From contig CABXIT010000001.1 in NCBI GenBank assembly GCA_902512325.1, forward strand, positions 8,207-72,206: a DNA stretch of 64,000 nucleotides, given 5' to 3'. Within the stretch, counting starts at the first letter, position 1, and each line of letters opens with the position of its first letter. The translations under genes were made by a program, and so were the position numbers. The notes under the pieces were generated by a model. The model did not search any database. It was not told where the DNA came from and saw only the letters and a program-made list of their open reading frames with translations. Positions 11,268-21,081 of the stretch are shown piece after piece. This stretch comes from an uncultured Alphaproteobacteria bacterium. Its GTDB lineage: Bacteria > Pseudomonadota > Alphaproteobacteria > HIMB59 > GCA-002718135.

Positions 11268-13208
11268 TTAATTAATAGGTGAAAGAGATTCTTTTTTTAA
11301 ATCGCTAATTAATTCATCAAGTTTTACAACCAATGTTTCTTGACTGCCTAAGCGTCGGACAGACACAGTTTTTTCTTTCGCTTCTTTTTTTCCAACAGCT
11401 AAAATTATTGGTATTTTAGCATTACTATGCTCACGAATTTTATAACCAATTTTTTCGTTCCTAATATCGGCTTCAGCCCGCAGCCCATCTTTTTTTAATA
11501 GTTCCTTAACTTCAAAAGCATAATTATCAGTTTCTGATGTTATTGTTGCAACTACAATTTGAGATGGTGATAACCATAGTGGTAAATGACCAGCATAATG
11601 TTCTATTAAGATTCCTGTGAATCTCTCTAGAGAACCAAACAGCGCTCTGTGTAACATTACAGGAACTTTCTTTTGACCATCTTCAGCAATATATGAAGCA
11701 CCTAATCTGCCTGGTAAATTCAAATCTACTTGCAGTGTGCCGCACTGCCAATCACGGCCAATAGCATCTCGTAAAACAAACTCAAGTTTTGGACCATAAA
11801 ATGCACCTTCTCCAGGATTAAGTGTATATTCAAGTCCTGTAGCCTCCATTGCTTGCTGCAAAGCTTCTTCAGCCTTATCCCAAACAGCATCACCACCTAC
11901 ACGTTTTTCTGGTCTATCTGAAAATTTAATTCTTACATCATTAAAACCAAAATCTTTATAAATACTAAGAATAAGATCACAAACAGTTTTACTTTCTTGT
12001 GTTATTTGATCTTCTGTACAAAAAATATGCGCATCATCTTGCGTAAAGGCTCTTACACGCATTAACCCATGCAATGCACCAGATGGTTCATATCGATGTA
12101 CCTTACCAAACTCAGACATAAGAAGTGGAAGGTCGCGGTAACTTTTTAAACCTTGTTTAAAAATTTCGACAGCACCTGGACAATTCATTGGTTTAATTGC
12201 ATAAATTTTTTCATCTTTCGCTTCTGTTCTAAACATCATCTCACTAAACTTTTCCCAATGACCTGATGTTTCCCATAGAGATTTATCCATCATATCTGGT
12301 GTATTAGTTTCAACGTAACCCGCTTTATCTTGTCTGTTTCGCATATAGTTTATTAAAGATTGAAATAATTGCCAACCTTTAGGATGCCAAAAAACAGCAC
12401 CTGGCGCTTCTTCTTGAAAATGAAATAAGTCCATCTCTTTACCAAGCTTGCGATGATCTCTTTTTTCAGCTTCCTCAATCTGTTGCAAATGATTTTCCAA
12501 TTCCTTTTCATTTCTCCAAGCAGTTCCATAGATACGTGTAAGCATTGTATTATTAGAGTCACCTCTCCAATAGGCTCCAGCAACTTTCATTAATTTAAAA
12601 CCTTTACCAATTTGTTTAGTGTTTATCATGTGAGGTCCACGACAAAGGTCTAACCAATCACCTTGTTTATAAATTGTTATTTCTTCATCAGGATTTAATC
12701 CTTCAATTAGTTCTACTTTATATTCTTCACCCTTACTTTTAAAAAATTTTATTGCTTCATCTCTCACCCAAACTTCCTTTGTAAATTTTTCACCTCTGCT
12801 AATAATTTCATGCATTTTTTTTTCAATTTTAGGCAAGTCTAAAACAGTAAAAGGCTCTTTTCTTGCAAAGTCATAATAAAAACCATTTTCAATTGAAGGC
12901 CCTATAGTAACTTGTGTTTCAGGAAATAATGATTGAACTGCTTCAGCCATTACATGTGCACAATCATGTCTAATAATATCAAGAGCTTCATCATTTTCTC
13001 TTTTAACTATAACAACTTTGCAATCTTGATTTATTGCTATTGAAAGATCGCTTATTATTCCATCAATTTTTATAGCAACTGATTCTTTTGCAAGAGATTT
13101 AGATATTTGACTTGCAAGATCAAAACCCGAAATACCTTTTTCTACTGACTTTGTATTTCCGTCTGGAAAAGTAATTGTAATATTATTGCTCATGAGTCTT
13201 TTCGCCAA
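11268..13208 (-). CDS. thrS: Threonyl-tRNA synthetase
   Basis: 646 aa. TGS domain, RHDCAHVMA, the class II core ([15 protein letters not shown]) and an anticodon-binding domain. Confidence 0.97.
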   Translation of the reverse strand: MAKRLMSNNITITFPDGNTKSVEKGISGFDLASQISKSLAKESVAIKIDGIISDLSIAINQDCKVVIVKRENDEALDIIRHDCAHVMAEAVQSLFPETQVTIGPSIENGFYYDFARKEPFTVLDLPKIEKKMHEIISRGEKFTKEVWVRDEAIKFFKSKGEEYKVELIEGLNPDEEITIYKQGDWLDLCRGPHMINTKQIGKGFKLMKVAGAYWRGDSNNTMLTRIYGTAWRNEKELENHLQQIEEAEKRDHRKLGKEMDLFHFQEEAPGAVFWHPKGWQLFQSLINYMRNRQDKAGYVETNTPDMMDKSLWETSGHWEKFSEMMFRTEAKDEKIYAIKPMNCPGAVEIFKQGLKSYRDLPLLMSEFGKVHRYEPSGALHGLMRVRAFTQDDAHIFCTEDQITQESKTVCDLILSIYKDFGFNDVRIKFSDRPEKRVGGDAVWDKAEEALQQAMEATGLEYTLNPGEGAFYGPKLEFVLRDAIGRDWQCGTLQVDLNLPGRLGASYIAEDGQKKVPVMLHRALFGSLERFTGILIEHYAGHLPLWLSPSQIVVATITSETDNYAFEVKELLKKDGLRAEADIRNEKIGYKIREHSNAKIPIILAVGKKEAKEKTVSVRRLGSQETLVVKLDELISDLKKESLSPIN

Positions 13209-14572
13209 ATAGTTCCGTTTTTAGTATCCTCTATTTCAATACCCTTTATTTTGAGCTCATCTCTAATTTTATCTGCCAACTTAAAATCTTTATCGCGTCT
13301 AGCTTCATTACGTTGATTTATCAACCCTTCTATCTCTTCTTTTTCTGGATTTTCAGATTGGTTATAGCCAAGCCACACCTCAGGATCTTCAACCATAATT
13401 CCTAGTATTTTTCCAGCGGCAATAAGATTATTTTTAATATTAATTTTTTCCTCTTTATTTGCTGAAGATAATTTATTTGATAAAGTATTAAGCTGGGCCA
13501 AAACTTTAGGAGTATTAATATCGTCTAACAAACTCTGCATGATCTCATCCGAAAGATATTGGGATGTAATCTCTATGTCTTTTAGTTCTTTTAAAGTTCG
13601 ATAAAAACGATCCAACATTTTGCTATTTTGATCTATAATTTCTTTAGTCCAATTTAATGGTTGTCTATAATGGGCTGACAAAAGGGTTAACCTTAGTACT
13701 TCTCCACTGAACTGATTTTTTAAGTCATGAACCAATCGTATATTGCCAATAGATTTTGACATTTTTTCTCCCTCAACATTTACAAAGCCATTATGAAACC
13801 AAAAATGAGCAAAACTTTTAGGGTCATGATTTTTATTTAAAGAACAAGTTTGTGCAATTTCATTTTCATGATGAGGAAAAACCAAATCCATTCCTCCACT
13901 GTGTATATCAAATGGGAGACCTAATGTTTTTTCAGACATAGCAGAACACTCTAGGTGCCATCCTGGACGCCCAAAGCCCCAAGGTGAATCCCACCCTGGT
14001 AAAGGGCTAGGAGAAGGTTTCCATAAAATAAAATCAGCAGGATCTTTCTTAAAAGGAGCTACATCAACTCTACTTCCAGCAATTTGCTCATCACGGTTTC
14101 TTTTTGATAAGACTCCATATTTAGAGAAACTTGGAACATGAAATAATACATGCCCTTCTTTTTCATACGCATTACCACTTTCAATTAACTTTTTTGTGAG
14201 GTCTATCATTTCATTTATATGGTCAGTTGCGCGCGGTTGAACATCAGGAAGCCTTACATTAAGATAACCCATATCTTCGTTGTAAATCTTTGTATATTTT
14301 GTAGTTAAGTTTTTTATAGGTTCATTAAGTTCATGAGCAGCATCAATAATTTTATCATCAATATCTGTTATGTTTGAAACATACGTAACTTTTTTATATT
14401 GTGTTCTTAGAACATTTATTAAAAGATCATTAGCAACTGCCATTCTAGCATTACCAATATGAGCAAAGTTGTAAACAGTGGGACCACATGCATAAACTCT
14501 AACATGTTTCTCATCCACAGGTTTAAATATCTCTTTTGTTCCCGATAAAGTGTTATGAATTTTTAAAACCAT
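13190..14572 (-). CDS. cysS: Cysteinyl-tRNA synthetase
   Basis: 460 aa. HIGNAR (HIGH) and KMSKS motifs. It overlaps thrS by 19 nt. Confidence 0.97.
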   Translation of the reverse strand: MVLKIHNTLSGTKEIFKPVDEKHVRVYACGPTVYNFAHIGNARMAVANDLLINVLRTQYKKVTYVSNITDIDDKIIDAAHELNEPIKNLTTKYTKIYNEDMGYLNVRLPDVQPRATDHINEMIDLTKKLIESGNAYEKEGHVLFHVPSFSKYGVLSKRNRDEQIAGSRVDVAPFKKDPADFILWKPSPSPLPGWDSPWGFGRPGWHLECSAMSEKTLGLPFDIHSGGMDLVFPHHENEIAQTCSLNKNHDPKSFAHFWFHNGFVNVEGEKMSKSIGNIRLVHDLKNQFSGEVLRLTLLSAHYRQPLNWTKEIIDQNSKMLDRFYRTLKELKDIEITSQYLSDEIMQSLLDDINTPKVLAQLNTLSNKLSSANKEEKINIKNNLIAAGKILGIMVEDPEVWLGYNQSENPEKEEIEGLINQRNEARRDKDFKLADKIRDELKIKGIEIEDTKNGTIWRKDS

Positions 14573-14587
14573 AAATTTATTTAATTG

Positions 14588-15010
14588 TTAATAATTTAAC
14601 TCAATTTCAACAGGCACTCCATGCTCCAACATTATTGCTGCTTTTTTAAATTTTGGTGGTCCTTTAGGGTTGTAATTATTACTAAAAGCAAACCCTTCTT
14701 TAGGTCGCCAAAAGAGACCAGTTTTCAATTCACCGTCACCATCCTCATCATGGTATACAACTATAGCTATTTTCCCCTCATGAATTTTTGTTAGTGGAAC
14801 GACTACTTTGCCTTTATTTACTTTTTTTCTCACAGCCTCAACAGCTTCATCTTCCTTTAAAAAGGAGTCTTTAGAGTCATATATTTTTATATCAATATAA
14901 CCTTTATTATGCTCAACATTTGGAATAATAACTGTCCCATGTGATAAAACTACACTTGAGAAAAATAATACAAGCAAAAAAAGAATTTTTTGAATAAAAG
15001 TATTTTTCAT
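14588..15010 (-). CDS. Secreted DUF2141-family protein
   Basis: Signal peptide, then HDEDGDGELKTGLFWRPKEGFAFSNN and GPPKF, as in DUF2141. Confidence 0.7.
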   Translation of the reverse strand: MKNTFIQKILFLLVLFFSSVVLSHGTVIIPNVEHNKGYIDIKIYDSKDSFLKEDEAVEAVRKKVNKGKVVVPLTKIHEGKIAIVVYHDEDGDGELKTGLFWRPKEGFAFSNNYNPKGPPKFKKAAIMLEHGVPVEIELNY

Positions 15011-15038
15011 ATATTTTACCTAATTATAATAGAATTCA

Positions 15039-16250
15039 GTGCTGAACAATAAAGAATACCTCAATAAGATTTTTCAATCTAATAAACCGCTAATAGTCTA
15101 TAAAACTGTTGGTGGATATGACGTTTATACTGATTTTAAGGAAAGGATTGTCCTAAATTCTAAAAATTTAAAACATTTTTTAAATAAGAAAACATCACAA
15201 CCAAAGTCTTCTATCAAGGAATTAAATTGTTATGTTGGTTTTTTTGGTTTCCAGCTTTTATGTGAAAACATAAATATCAAACTTCCCAAACAACAAAATA
15301 TAAATTTTTATCCAGGGTTATTTTATAAACCGCAAACTATTATAAAGATAAGAAAAAATATAATAATTAAAAGTTTATTAAAAAATTTTAAGCAGCTGCA
15401 CACTTTGAAGAACAAGGATAAGTTTTTCTATCAAAAGAAATTTAATTTAAATTTAAATGAGTCACAATACTCTAGCCTTTTCAGACATTTTTCAAAAAAA
15501 ATTAAACTCGGAGAAACATATCAAATTAAAATTTGTCAAACGTATCAAAATAAATCTAACATTGATGCCGTTAAATTTTTCTGGAAATTAATGAGCATTA
15601 ATGAATCTCCAGAAAGTTTTTTAATAAGAGATAAAGATTATAGTATTATCAGCTGTTCTCCTGAAACATTGATTCAAAAAAAGAGAGATGTTGTAATGAC
15701 AAAACCAATAGCTGGAACATTAAATAGAACAAAAAGAATGACTGCAAAGTTTGCTAATGAATTTTTTAAAAAAAATGAAAAAGAAAGCAAAGAACACAAT
15801 ATGATTGTTGATATGGAACGTAATGATTTATCACGTATATGTAAAACAGGTAGTGTTAAAATCAACAAATTGAAGAGTGTTGAAGAATACAGGGATCTTT
15901 ATCATTATGTAACTGAGATAAAAGGCAAGTTAAAAAAGAATGTTAGCAATCATGATATTTTTTCTGCAATGATGCCCGGAGGATCAGTGATTGGTTGTCC
16001 AAAAATAAGCACTTTAAAACTTCTTAACAGTAGAGAAAAATTGAATAGAAATATTTATACTGGTAGTTTTGGTTATATTAATAGTAATGGTGATATGCGC
16101 TTTAATATTATTATCCGCTCAATCTTAAATTACAAAAAACAGGTACAAATTTCATCAGCAAGCGGCGTTGTTATTGATAGTAAACCAAAAAGAGAATACA
16201 AAGAAAACTATATCAAGGCTAAATCACTTTTAGATTTATTTAAAACATGA
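15039..16250 (+). CDS. pabB: Aminodeoxychorismate synthase component I (chorismate-binding enzyme)
   Basis: 403 aa with a GTG start. Motifs SPE.LI, PIAGT, EH.MIVDMERNDL and GGSV.GCPK. K/N/I-rich and divergent. Confidence 0.8.
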   Translation: MLNNKEYLNKIFQSNKPLIVYKTVGGYDVYTDFKERIVLNSKNLKHFLNKKTSQPKSSIKELNCYVGFFGFQLLCENINIKLPKQQNINFYPGLFYKPQTIIKIRKNIIIKSLLKNFKQLHTLKNKDKFFYQKKFNLNLNESQYSSLFRHFSKKIKLGETYQIKICQTYQNKSNIDAVKFFWKLMSINESPESFLIRDKDYSIISCSPETLIQKKRDVVMTKPIAGTLNRTKRMTAKFANEFFKKNEKESKEHNMIVDMERNDLSRICKTGSVKINKLKSVEEYRDLYHYVTEIKGKLKKNVSNHDIFSAMMPGGSVIGCPKISTLKLLNSREKLNRNIYTGSFGYINSNGDMRFNIIIRSILNYKKQVQISSASGVVIDSKPKREYKENYIKAKSLLDLFKT

Positions 16251-16804
16251 TTTACGTTATCGATCACGAAGATTCCTTTACTTATAATTTAGTTCATCTC
16301 CTTGAGGAGTTCGCTCCAACTTATGTTTCAAACTATTATGATCTTGATAGGAAGAGGCTAGAAAAATCAAAAATTATTGTTTTTTCACCAGGGCCTGGGG
16401 ACCCATCTCACTACCCAGAAACACAAAAAATTTATCACCAATACAAGGGTATTAAAAAAATCATTGGTATTTGCTTAGGTTTTCAACAAATATTGTTTGC
16501 TCAAAAAGCCAAAATTATTCCTCAAAAAAAAATATATCACGGATATCAGTCAAAAGTTAAAGTATTGAAAGACAGCTCTTTTTTTAAGCCTAATAAGATA
16601 TTTCTTGCTGGGCGATACCACTCTCTTAGACTTAAAGAGCCTTTTAAGTCCACTTCTCTTAAAATAACTATGAGATGTGTAGAAACTAATGTTGCCATGG
16701 CCATAGAAGATACTATTAATAATGTACATGGATTTCAATTTCACCCTGATTCATTTTTAACTGTTGATGGCAAACTTCTTATTCAAAAAATCATACAAGC
16801 TTAG
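16247..16804 (+). CDS. pabA: Aminodeoxychorismate synthase component II (class I glutamine amidotransferase)
   Basis: 185 aa. The nucleophile elbow GICLGFQ and C-terminal GFQFHP. It overlaps pabB by 4 nt. Confidence 0.8.
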   Translation: MIYVIDHEDSFTYNLVHLLEEFAPTYVSNYYDLDRKRLEKSKIIVFSPGPGDPSHYPETQKIYHQYKGIKKIIGICLGFQQILFAQKAKIIPQKKIYHGYQSKVKVLKDSSFFKPNKIFLAGRYHSLRLKEPFKSTSLKITMRCVETNVAMAIEDTINNVHGFQFHPDSFLTVDGKLLIQKIIQA

Positions 16805-17522
16805 CACATTTAAAAATGTAAAATATGATCATTTGTGGGGGTCAAAAGGTGTTTTTACAACAATACGAGTATACGGAGAAAGTCCGAAATATATTTTTTT
16901 AAAAGATCACTTACTACAATTAAATAAAAGTCTAAAAAAATTTAACATAAATTTTTTGTTAACTGAAAAAAAATTATTAGAATTAATTCCCAGTAATCTA
17001 AAAATACAAAAATATAATCACCTCCTTAGAGTTGCAATTAAGAATAACAAAATTTCCTTATCTCTAAGGTCTCGATTAAAACCAAGTAATTTTTTTCAAT
17101 GCAAGCTTGTTAATTTTCAAAGATCAAATGCAAAAATTAAAAATTTACAATATAAAAAAATATTATCTATGCAAAAAAATATTAATATGCAAAAAATGGA
17201 AATATTATTTTATAATAATAATATAATTCTTGAGGGCTCAACAACAAACTTAATTTTGATAAAAAATAGTCAGATTATTCTGCCTAAAGGTAATTACTAC
17301 AAAGGTGTAACAATGAATTATTTGTTAAAAAAAATACAGAACAAATATTTTTTTAAATCAATACGTTTTTCAGACTTAATAGTTGCTGATGAAATAATTC
17401 TAGTTGGTTCTGGTAAAGGGGTTGTAAAAGTTACATCAATTCCTCAAATTAAATGGTTTAGCTCTTCTGCAAAAATGTTTAAAAGACTATCCTCAATGTA
17501 TAAGGCTCAGTTAGAATTATGA
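16764..17522 (+). CDS. pabC: Putative aminodeoxychorismate lyase (class IV aminotransferase fold)
   Basis: 252 aa. The call is positional (between pabA and folP) plus the fold-type IV-like stretch EGSTTNL. Highly divergent. The start is uncertain (TTG 16764 or ATG 16767). Confidence 0.55.
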   Translation: MMANFLFKKSYKLSTFKNVKYDHLWGSKGVFTTIRVYGESPKYIFLKDHLLQLNKSLKKFNINFLLTEKKLLELIPSNLKIQKYNHLLRVAIKNNKISLSLRSRLKPSNFFQCKLVNFQRSNAKIKNLQYKKILSMQKNINMQKMEILFYNNNIILEGSTTNLILIKNSQIILPKGNYYKGVTMNYLLKKIQNKYFFKSIRFSDLIVADEIILVGSGKGVVKVTSIPQIKWFSSSAKMFKRLSSMYKAQLEL

Positions 17523-18337
17523 TATTTAATAAAAATAATTTCTCTATTTTGTCTCCTTCAATTATGGGTATTTGTAATATTACTAAGGACTCCTTTAGTG
17601 ATGCTGGTAAAAATTATAAAACTTCTAATGCTCTAAAGTCCATAAAGCAGATGATTAAAGATGGTGCTCAGATTATTGACATAGGGGCGGAGAGCACAAG
17701 ACCAGGAAGTGACCCAATAAGCTATCAGCAAGAAATTAGAAAACTATCACCAATTTTAAAAAAATTACCTAAGGATCAATTTTTAATATCTGTTGATTCT
17801 TCAAAGATTGAAACACAGGAATTTGCTTTAGAAAACGGCGCACATATTATTAATGATATCTTTGGTGGCTCCAATGATCTTTTCCATCTGACTAAAAAAT
17901 TTAAAAATGGTTTAGTTTTAATGCATACACCGGCTCCCCCTAAAATTATGCAATCTAAGGTAAATTCATATAAAAATGTAGTCACTGATATTAAAAAAAT
18001 TTTTCACAGAACGCTTAAACAAACAGATAAATATAAAATACCGCAGTCTAAAATTTGGTTTGATCCTGGAATCGGTTTTGGTAAAAATCTTGCCCAAAAT
18101 TTAGAAATTATGCAAAATATCCAGAAGTTTAAAATAAAGAAATGTGGAATAATATTGGGTACCTCTCGTAAAAGCTGGATAAACGGAATAGATAAAAGTG
18201 ATGTCAATAATCGTCTTGGTGGGTCAATAGCCTCTGCTCTTTATTGCTATAAAAAAGGAGTGAATATGTTTAGAGTGCATGATGTAAAGGAAACATACCA
18301 ATCCTTAAAAGTTTATAAAAATTTATGTTTGATGTAG
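17519..18337 (+). CDS. folP: Dihydropteroate synthase
   Basis: 272 aa. Motifs GI.N.T.DSFSD, IDIGAESTRPG, DPGIGFGK and RVHDV. Confidence 0.9.
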   Translation: MIFNKNNFSILSPSIMGICNITKDSFSDAGKNYKTSNALKSIKQMIKDGAQIIDIGAESTRPGSDPISYQQEIRKLSPILKKLPKDQFLISVDSSKIETQEFALENGAHIINDIFGGSNDLFHLTKKFKNGLVLMHTPAPPKIMQSKVNSYKNVVTDIKKIFHRTLKQTDKYKIPQSKIWFDPGIGFGKNLAQNLEIMQNIQKFKIKKCGIILGTSRKSWINGIDKSDVNNRLGGSIASALYCYKKGVNMFRVHDVKETYQSLKVYKNLCLM

Positions 18338-18669
18338 AAATTAAAAATCTAAAAGTATTCGCTAACATTGGTATAACTTCAGATGAAAGAAAGAAAAAGC
18401 AATTGCTTAAAGTCACCCTGAATTTTAGTTATAGTGTTTTCAAAAGCAAAAATTTAGAAGCAATGTCTAATTTAAAAGATTATTCTAGTGTAATGAAATC
18501 ACTAAAAAAATTTATAAATGAATCAAGATATAAGACTCTAGAAAAACTCATCATATCCTCTTCGCAAATGTTAGAAAAAAAATTTAAAATTAAAAAAGTT
18601 AAAGTTAAAATTAATAAAACTGCAGTTGCTAAGCGTTACGGATCAGAAACAGTAAGTGTATCCAACTAG
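18325..18669 (+). CDS. folB: Probable dihydroneopterin aldolase
   Basis: 114 aa. The size, N-terminal IGITSDER-type motif and position between folP and folK support the call. Divergent. Confidence 0.6.
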   Translation: MFDVEIKNLKVFANIGITSDERKKKQLLKVTLNFSYSVFKSKNLEAMSNLKDYSSVMKSLKKFINESRYKTLEKLIISSSQMLEKKFKIKKVKVKINKTAVAKRYGSETVSVSN

Positions 18670-19156
18670 TTATTATATCGCCCTGGGAACTAATGTTGGC
18701 AATTATAGAAATAATTTTTCAAGGGCAGTGTTTGAACTAAGTAAAATAGGTAATATTTCTAAGATAGCCAATATCTATAAATCAAAACCATATGGTTATT
18801 TAAAACAAAATTATTTTTACAATACTATGGTTTATCTAAAATCAGAAATTCATCCAAATGAGTTAATAAAAAAAATACACTTGATAGAAAGAAAGCTACA
18901 TAAAAATAAAAGAATTATTAATGGCCCAAGAAAAATAGATTTAGACATCATTTTTTGGGACCAAAAAATTTTTAAAAACAATAATGTGGTTATTCCTCAT
19001 CCGAGAGCACAAGAAAGAGATTTTGTCTTATGCCCACTTTACGACATAACCCCTTTTTTTAAGCATCCAGTTTCAAAGTTATCTGTAAAAGAGTTAATTA
19101 AAAACCTAAAAGATCACTACGTTATTGAAAAATTAAACTACCGTAACTTGTTTTAA
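18656..19156 (+). CDS. folK: 2-amino-4-hydroxy-6-hydroxymethyldihydropteridine pyrophosphokinase
   Basis: 166 aa. Motifs ALGTN.G, GPR.IDLDII, IPHPR..ERDFVL.PL. Confidence 0.85.
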   Translation: MYPTSYYIALGTNVGNYRNNFSRAVFELSKIGNISKIANIYKSKPYGYLKQNYFYNTMVYLKSEIHPNELIKKIHLIERKLHKNKRIINGPRKIDLDIIFWDQKIFKNNNVVIPHPRAQERDFVLCPLYDITPFFKHPVSKLSVKELIKNLKDHYVIEKLNYRNLF

Positions 19157-19783
19157 AAAGTTTTTTAGCTTCTTTGAAGAAATAACATTTTTAGAATTTT
19201 TAAGACTTCGAGATACATCAATGCCCTCAGGTTTTAGTAAATTAATAATTTCCTTAGCTTTTTTCTCATTTATTCCGCCCCCAATAAAAACAGGGATGGA
19301 AAGATTTTTTATGTATTGAATTTGTTTTAAACACTTTACTAAAGCATAAGTTTTAATCCTCTTTGCCTTATACACATTCATATCATAATAAATTACATTG
19401 ATAATTTTTTTTATATTTTTAAGATATTTTATATTAAAATTTTCAGGATTAATTGCTATGCCAATTTTTAATCTTTTAAATGTGTTTCGCAAAACTTGTA
19501 ATTCATTTTTACTAAAATGATATGAGCAGGAAATAGTTTTAGGTTTGGTAAAATCTATTTGCTTAATTAATTTATCTAAGGACACATAGCGAGTTAATAA
19601 AACCGACTCAATTTTATGAGCTTTACATTCTTTAATTAATATTTGTATTTTTTTATCAGTAGCTGTATTTGGGCCATTGAGGTTATTACTAGCAAAACCA
19701 AGAGATTTTATTTTATTTTTATAGGCCATTTTAATTGACTGCGAGTTTGTGATACCACAAATTTTTAGAGATACTTTATTCAT
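19133..19783 (-). CDS. Divergent phosphoribosylanthranilate isomerase (TrpF)-like TIM-barrel protein
   Basis: 216 aa. N-terminal KICGIT, C-terminal FIGGGIN and GIDVSRSL, which resemble the PRAI phosphate-binding segments. Convergent with folK and overlapping it by 24 nt. Confidence 0.65.
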   Translation of the reverse strand: MNKVSLKICGITNSQSIKMAYKNKIKSLGFASNNLNGPNTATDKKIQILIKECKAHKIESVLLTRYVSLDKLIKQIDFTKPKTISCSYHFSKNELQVLRNTFKRLKIGIAINPENFNIKYLKNIKKIINVIYYDMNVYKAKRIKTYALVKCLKQIQYIKNLSIPVFIGGGINEKKAKEIINLLKPEGIDVSRSLKNSKNVISSKKLKNFLKQVTVV

Positions 19784-19837
19784 TTACTAATATTATAATT
19801 TTTATTTTTTACTAAATATAGCACTAATTTTTTTTAC

Positions 19838-20254
19838 ATGCTAAACAATCATATGATTTCAGAAAACTTTGACAAACTTTTTCAAGCAGCAAAAGATGTT
19901 AGGGATAAGGCCCATGTTCCTTACTCAAAATTTAAAGTAGGTGCGGCATTTTTGACAGAAGGTGATACTATTATTTCAGGTTGTAATGTTGAAAATGCAG
20001 CTTACCCTCAATCACAGTGCGCAGAAGCGAGTGCTATTGGTAATCTTGTAGCAAATGGCTTTACTAAAATTAAAGAAGTAGTTGTTATCGGCTCAGGTGA
20101 TTTACTATGTTCACCTTGTGGAGGATGCAGACAAAGACTAAGAGAGTTTGCAGCACTAGATGTTAATATTCATATGTGTAATGTTGAAGGACATATGAAA
20201 ACATCAACACTAGAAGATTTATTGCCTGATTCATTTGGTCCAGAAAATTTATAA
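19838..20254 (+). CDS. cdd: Cytidine deaminase
   Basis: 138 aa. Zinc motifs CAE and PCGGCRQ. Confidence 0.9.
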   Translation: MLNNHMISENFDKLFQAAKDVRDKAHVPYSKFKVGAAFLTEGDTIISGCNVENAAYPQSQCAEASAIGNLVANGFTKIKEVVVIGSGDLLCSPCGGCRQRLREFAALDVNIHMCNVEGHMKTSTLEDLLPDSFGPENL

Positions 20255-21081
20255 TGCATTCCTCATCAAAATTTTTTTTAGAACAAACAAATACACAACC
20301 AGAAATTGCTGTTATTTTAGGATCTGGTTTAACAAATTTTTTTGAAACGCAAAATATTATTAAAGAAATACCATATACCGATCTTCCAGAATTTCCTCAA
20401 CCAACAGTAAAGGGGCATGCAGGCAAATTAGTTTTGGGTGAGATAGCTAATAAAAAAATAGTGTGCATGTATGGTCGATCACACATCTATGAAGGCCATG
20501 AACCAAATAGTCTTGCTAAACCAATTCGCGTATTAAAAGACATAGGATGTAAACTTTTAATAGTTACTAATGCCGCAGGAAGCCTTGATGAAAATATGCC
20601 AGCTGGAAGTTTAATGGCAATATCCGATCACATTAATTGGAGTGGCTATAATCCCTTAATTGGAAAAAACCAAGATGAGTACGGGCCTAGATTTCATGAT
20701 ATGAGTGATGGTTACCATAAATTTTACCGTGATCAATTGCTGGAAACCGGCAAAAAAAATAATCAACAAATCTTTGAAGGCATTTACTGTATGTATTCTG
20801 GTCCAAATTTTGAAACGCCTGCAGAAATCAATGCTCTAAAAGTAATCGGTGGCAATGCCGTAGGTATGTCAACAGTTCCAGAGGTATTAGTAGCTAATCA
20901 TTGTGATCTTTCTGTTATCGCAATTAGTGTCATAACAAATTTAGCTGCAGGGATGAATAAAACAAAACTTAGTCATAAAGAAACATTGGAAAACGCTAGT
21001 CTTGCTGAACAAAATATTGTTCAGCTTATTAAAAACTTTATTACAGAAGTGAAATTTAATGATTCCACAGGAAATAATTAG
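20254..21081 (+). CDS. Purine nucleoside phosphorylase (trimeric PNP/MTAP family)
   Basis: 275 aa. Motifs GH.G.LV.G, GR.H.YEG, TNAAG and GMSTVPE. Confidence 0.9.
   Translation: MHSSSKFFLEQTNTQPEIAVILGSGLTNFFETQNIIKEIPYTDLPEFPQPTVKGHAGKLVLGEIANKKIVCMYGRSHIYEGHEPNSLAKPIRVLKDIGCKLLIVTNAAGSLDENMPAGSLMAISDHINWSGYNPLIGKNQDEYGPRFHDMSDGYHKFYRDQLLETGKKNNQQIFEGIYCMYSGPNFETPAEINALKVIGGNAVGMSTVPEVLVANHCDLSVIAISVITNLAAGMNKTKLSHKETLENASLAEQNIVQLIKNFITEVKFNDSTGNN

Noticed and set aside
9804-12583. ORFs 9804..10109(+), 10923..11282(+) and 12353..12583(-), which overlap hisI, hemB and thrS
   Set aside because: They are nested in strongly supported housekeeping genes, either antisense or out of frame, and no motif is recognisable.
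16764-16804. The 41-nt overlap between pabA and pabC as a possible frameshift or fusion
   Set aside because: Both frames are intact, each with its own stop or start. Overlaps are the norm in this operon. An ATG at 16767 gives a plausible independent start, so no frameshift needs to be invoked.
15674-18207. Minus-strand ORFs 15674..15868, 16550..16744, 17776..17985 and 18004..18207 within the folate operon
   Set aside because: They are antisense to the contiguous, overlapped pab/fol genes. Very AT-rich sequence produces such short open frames by chance.
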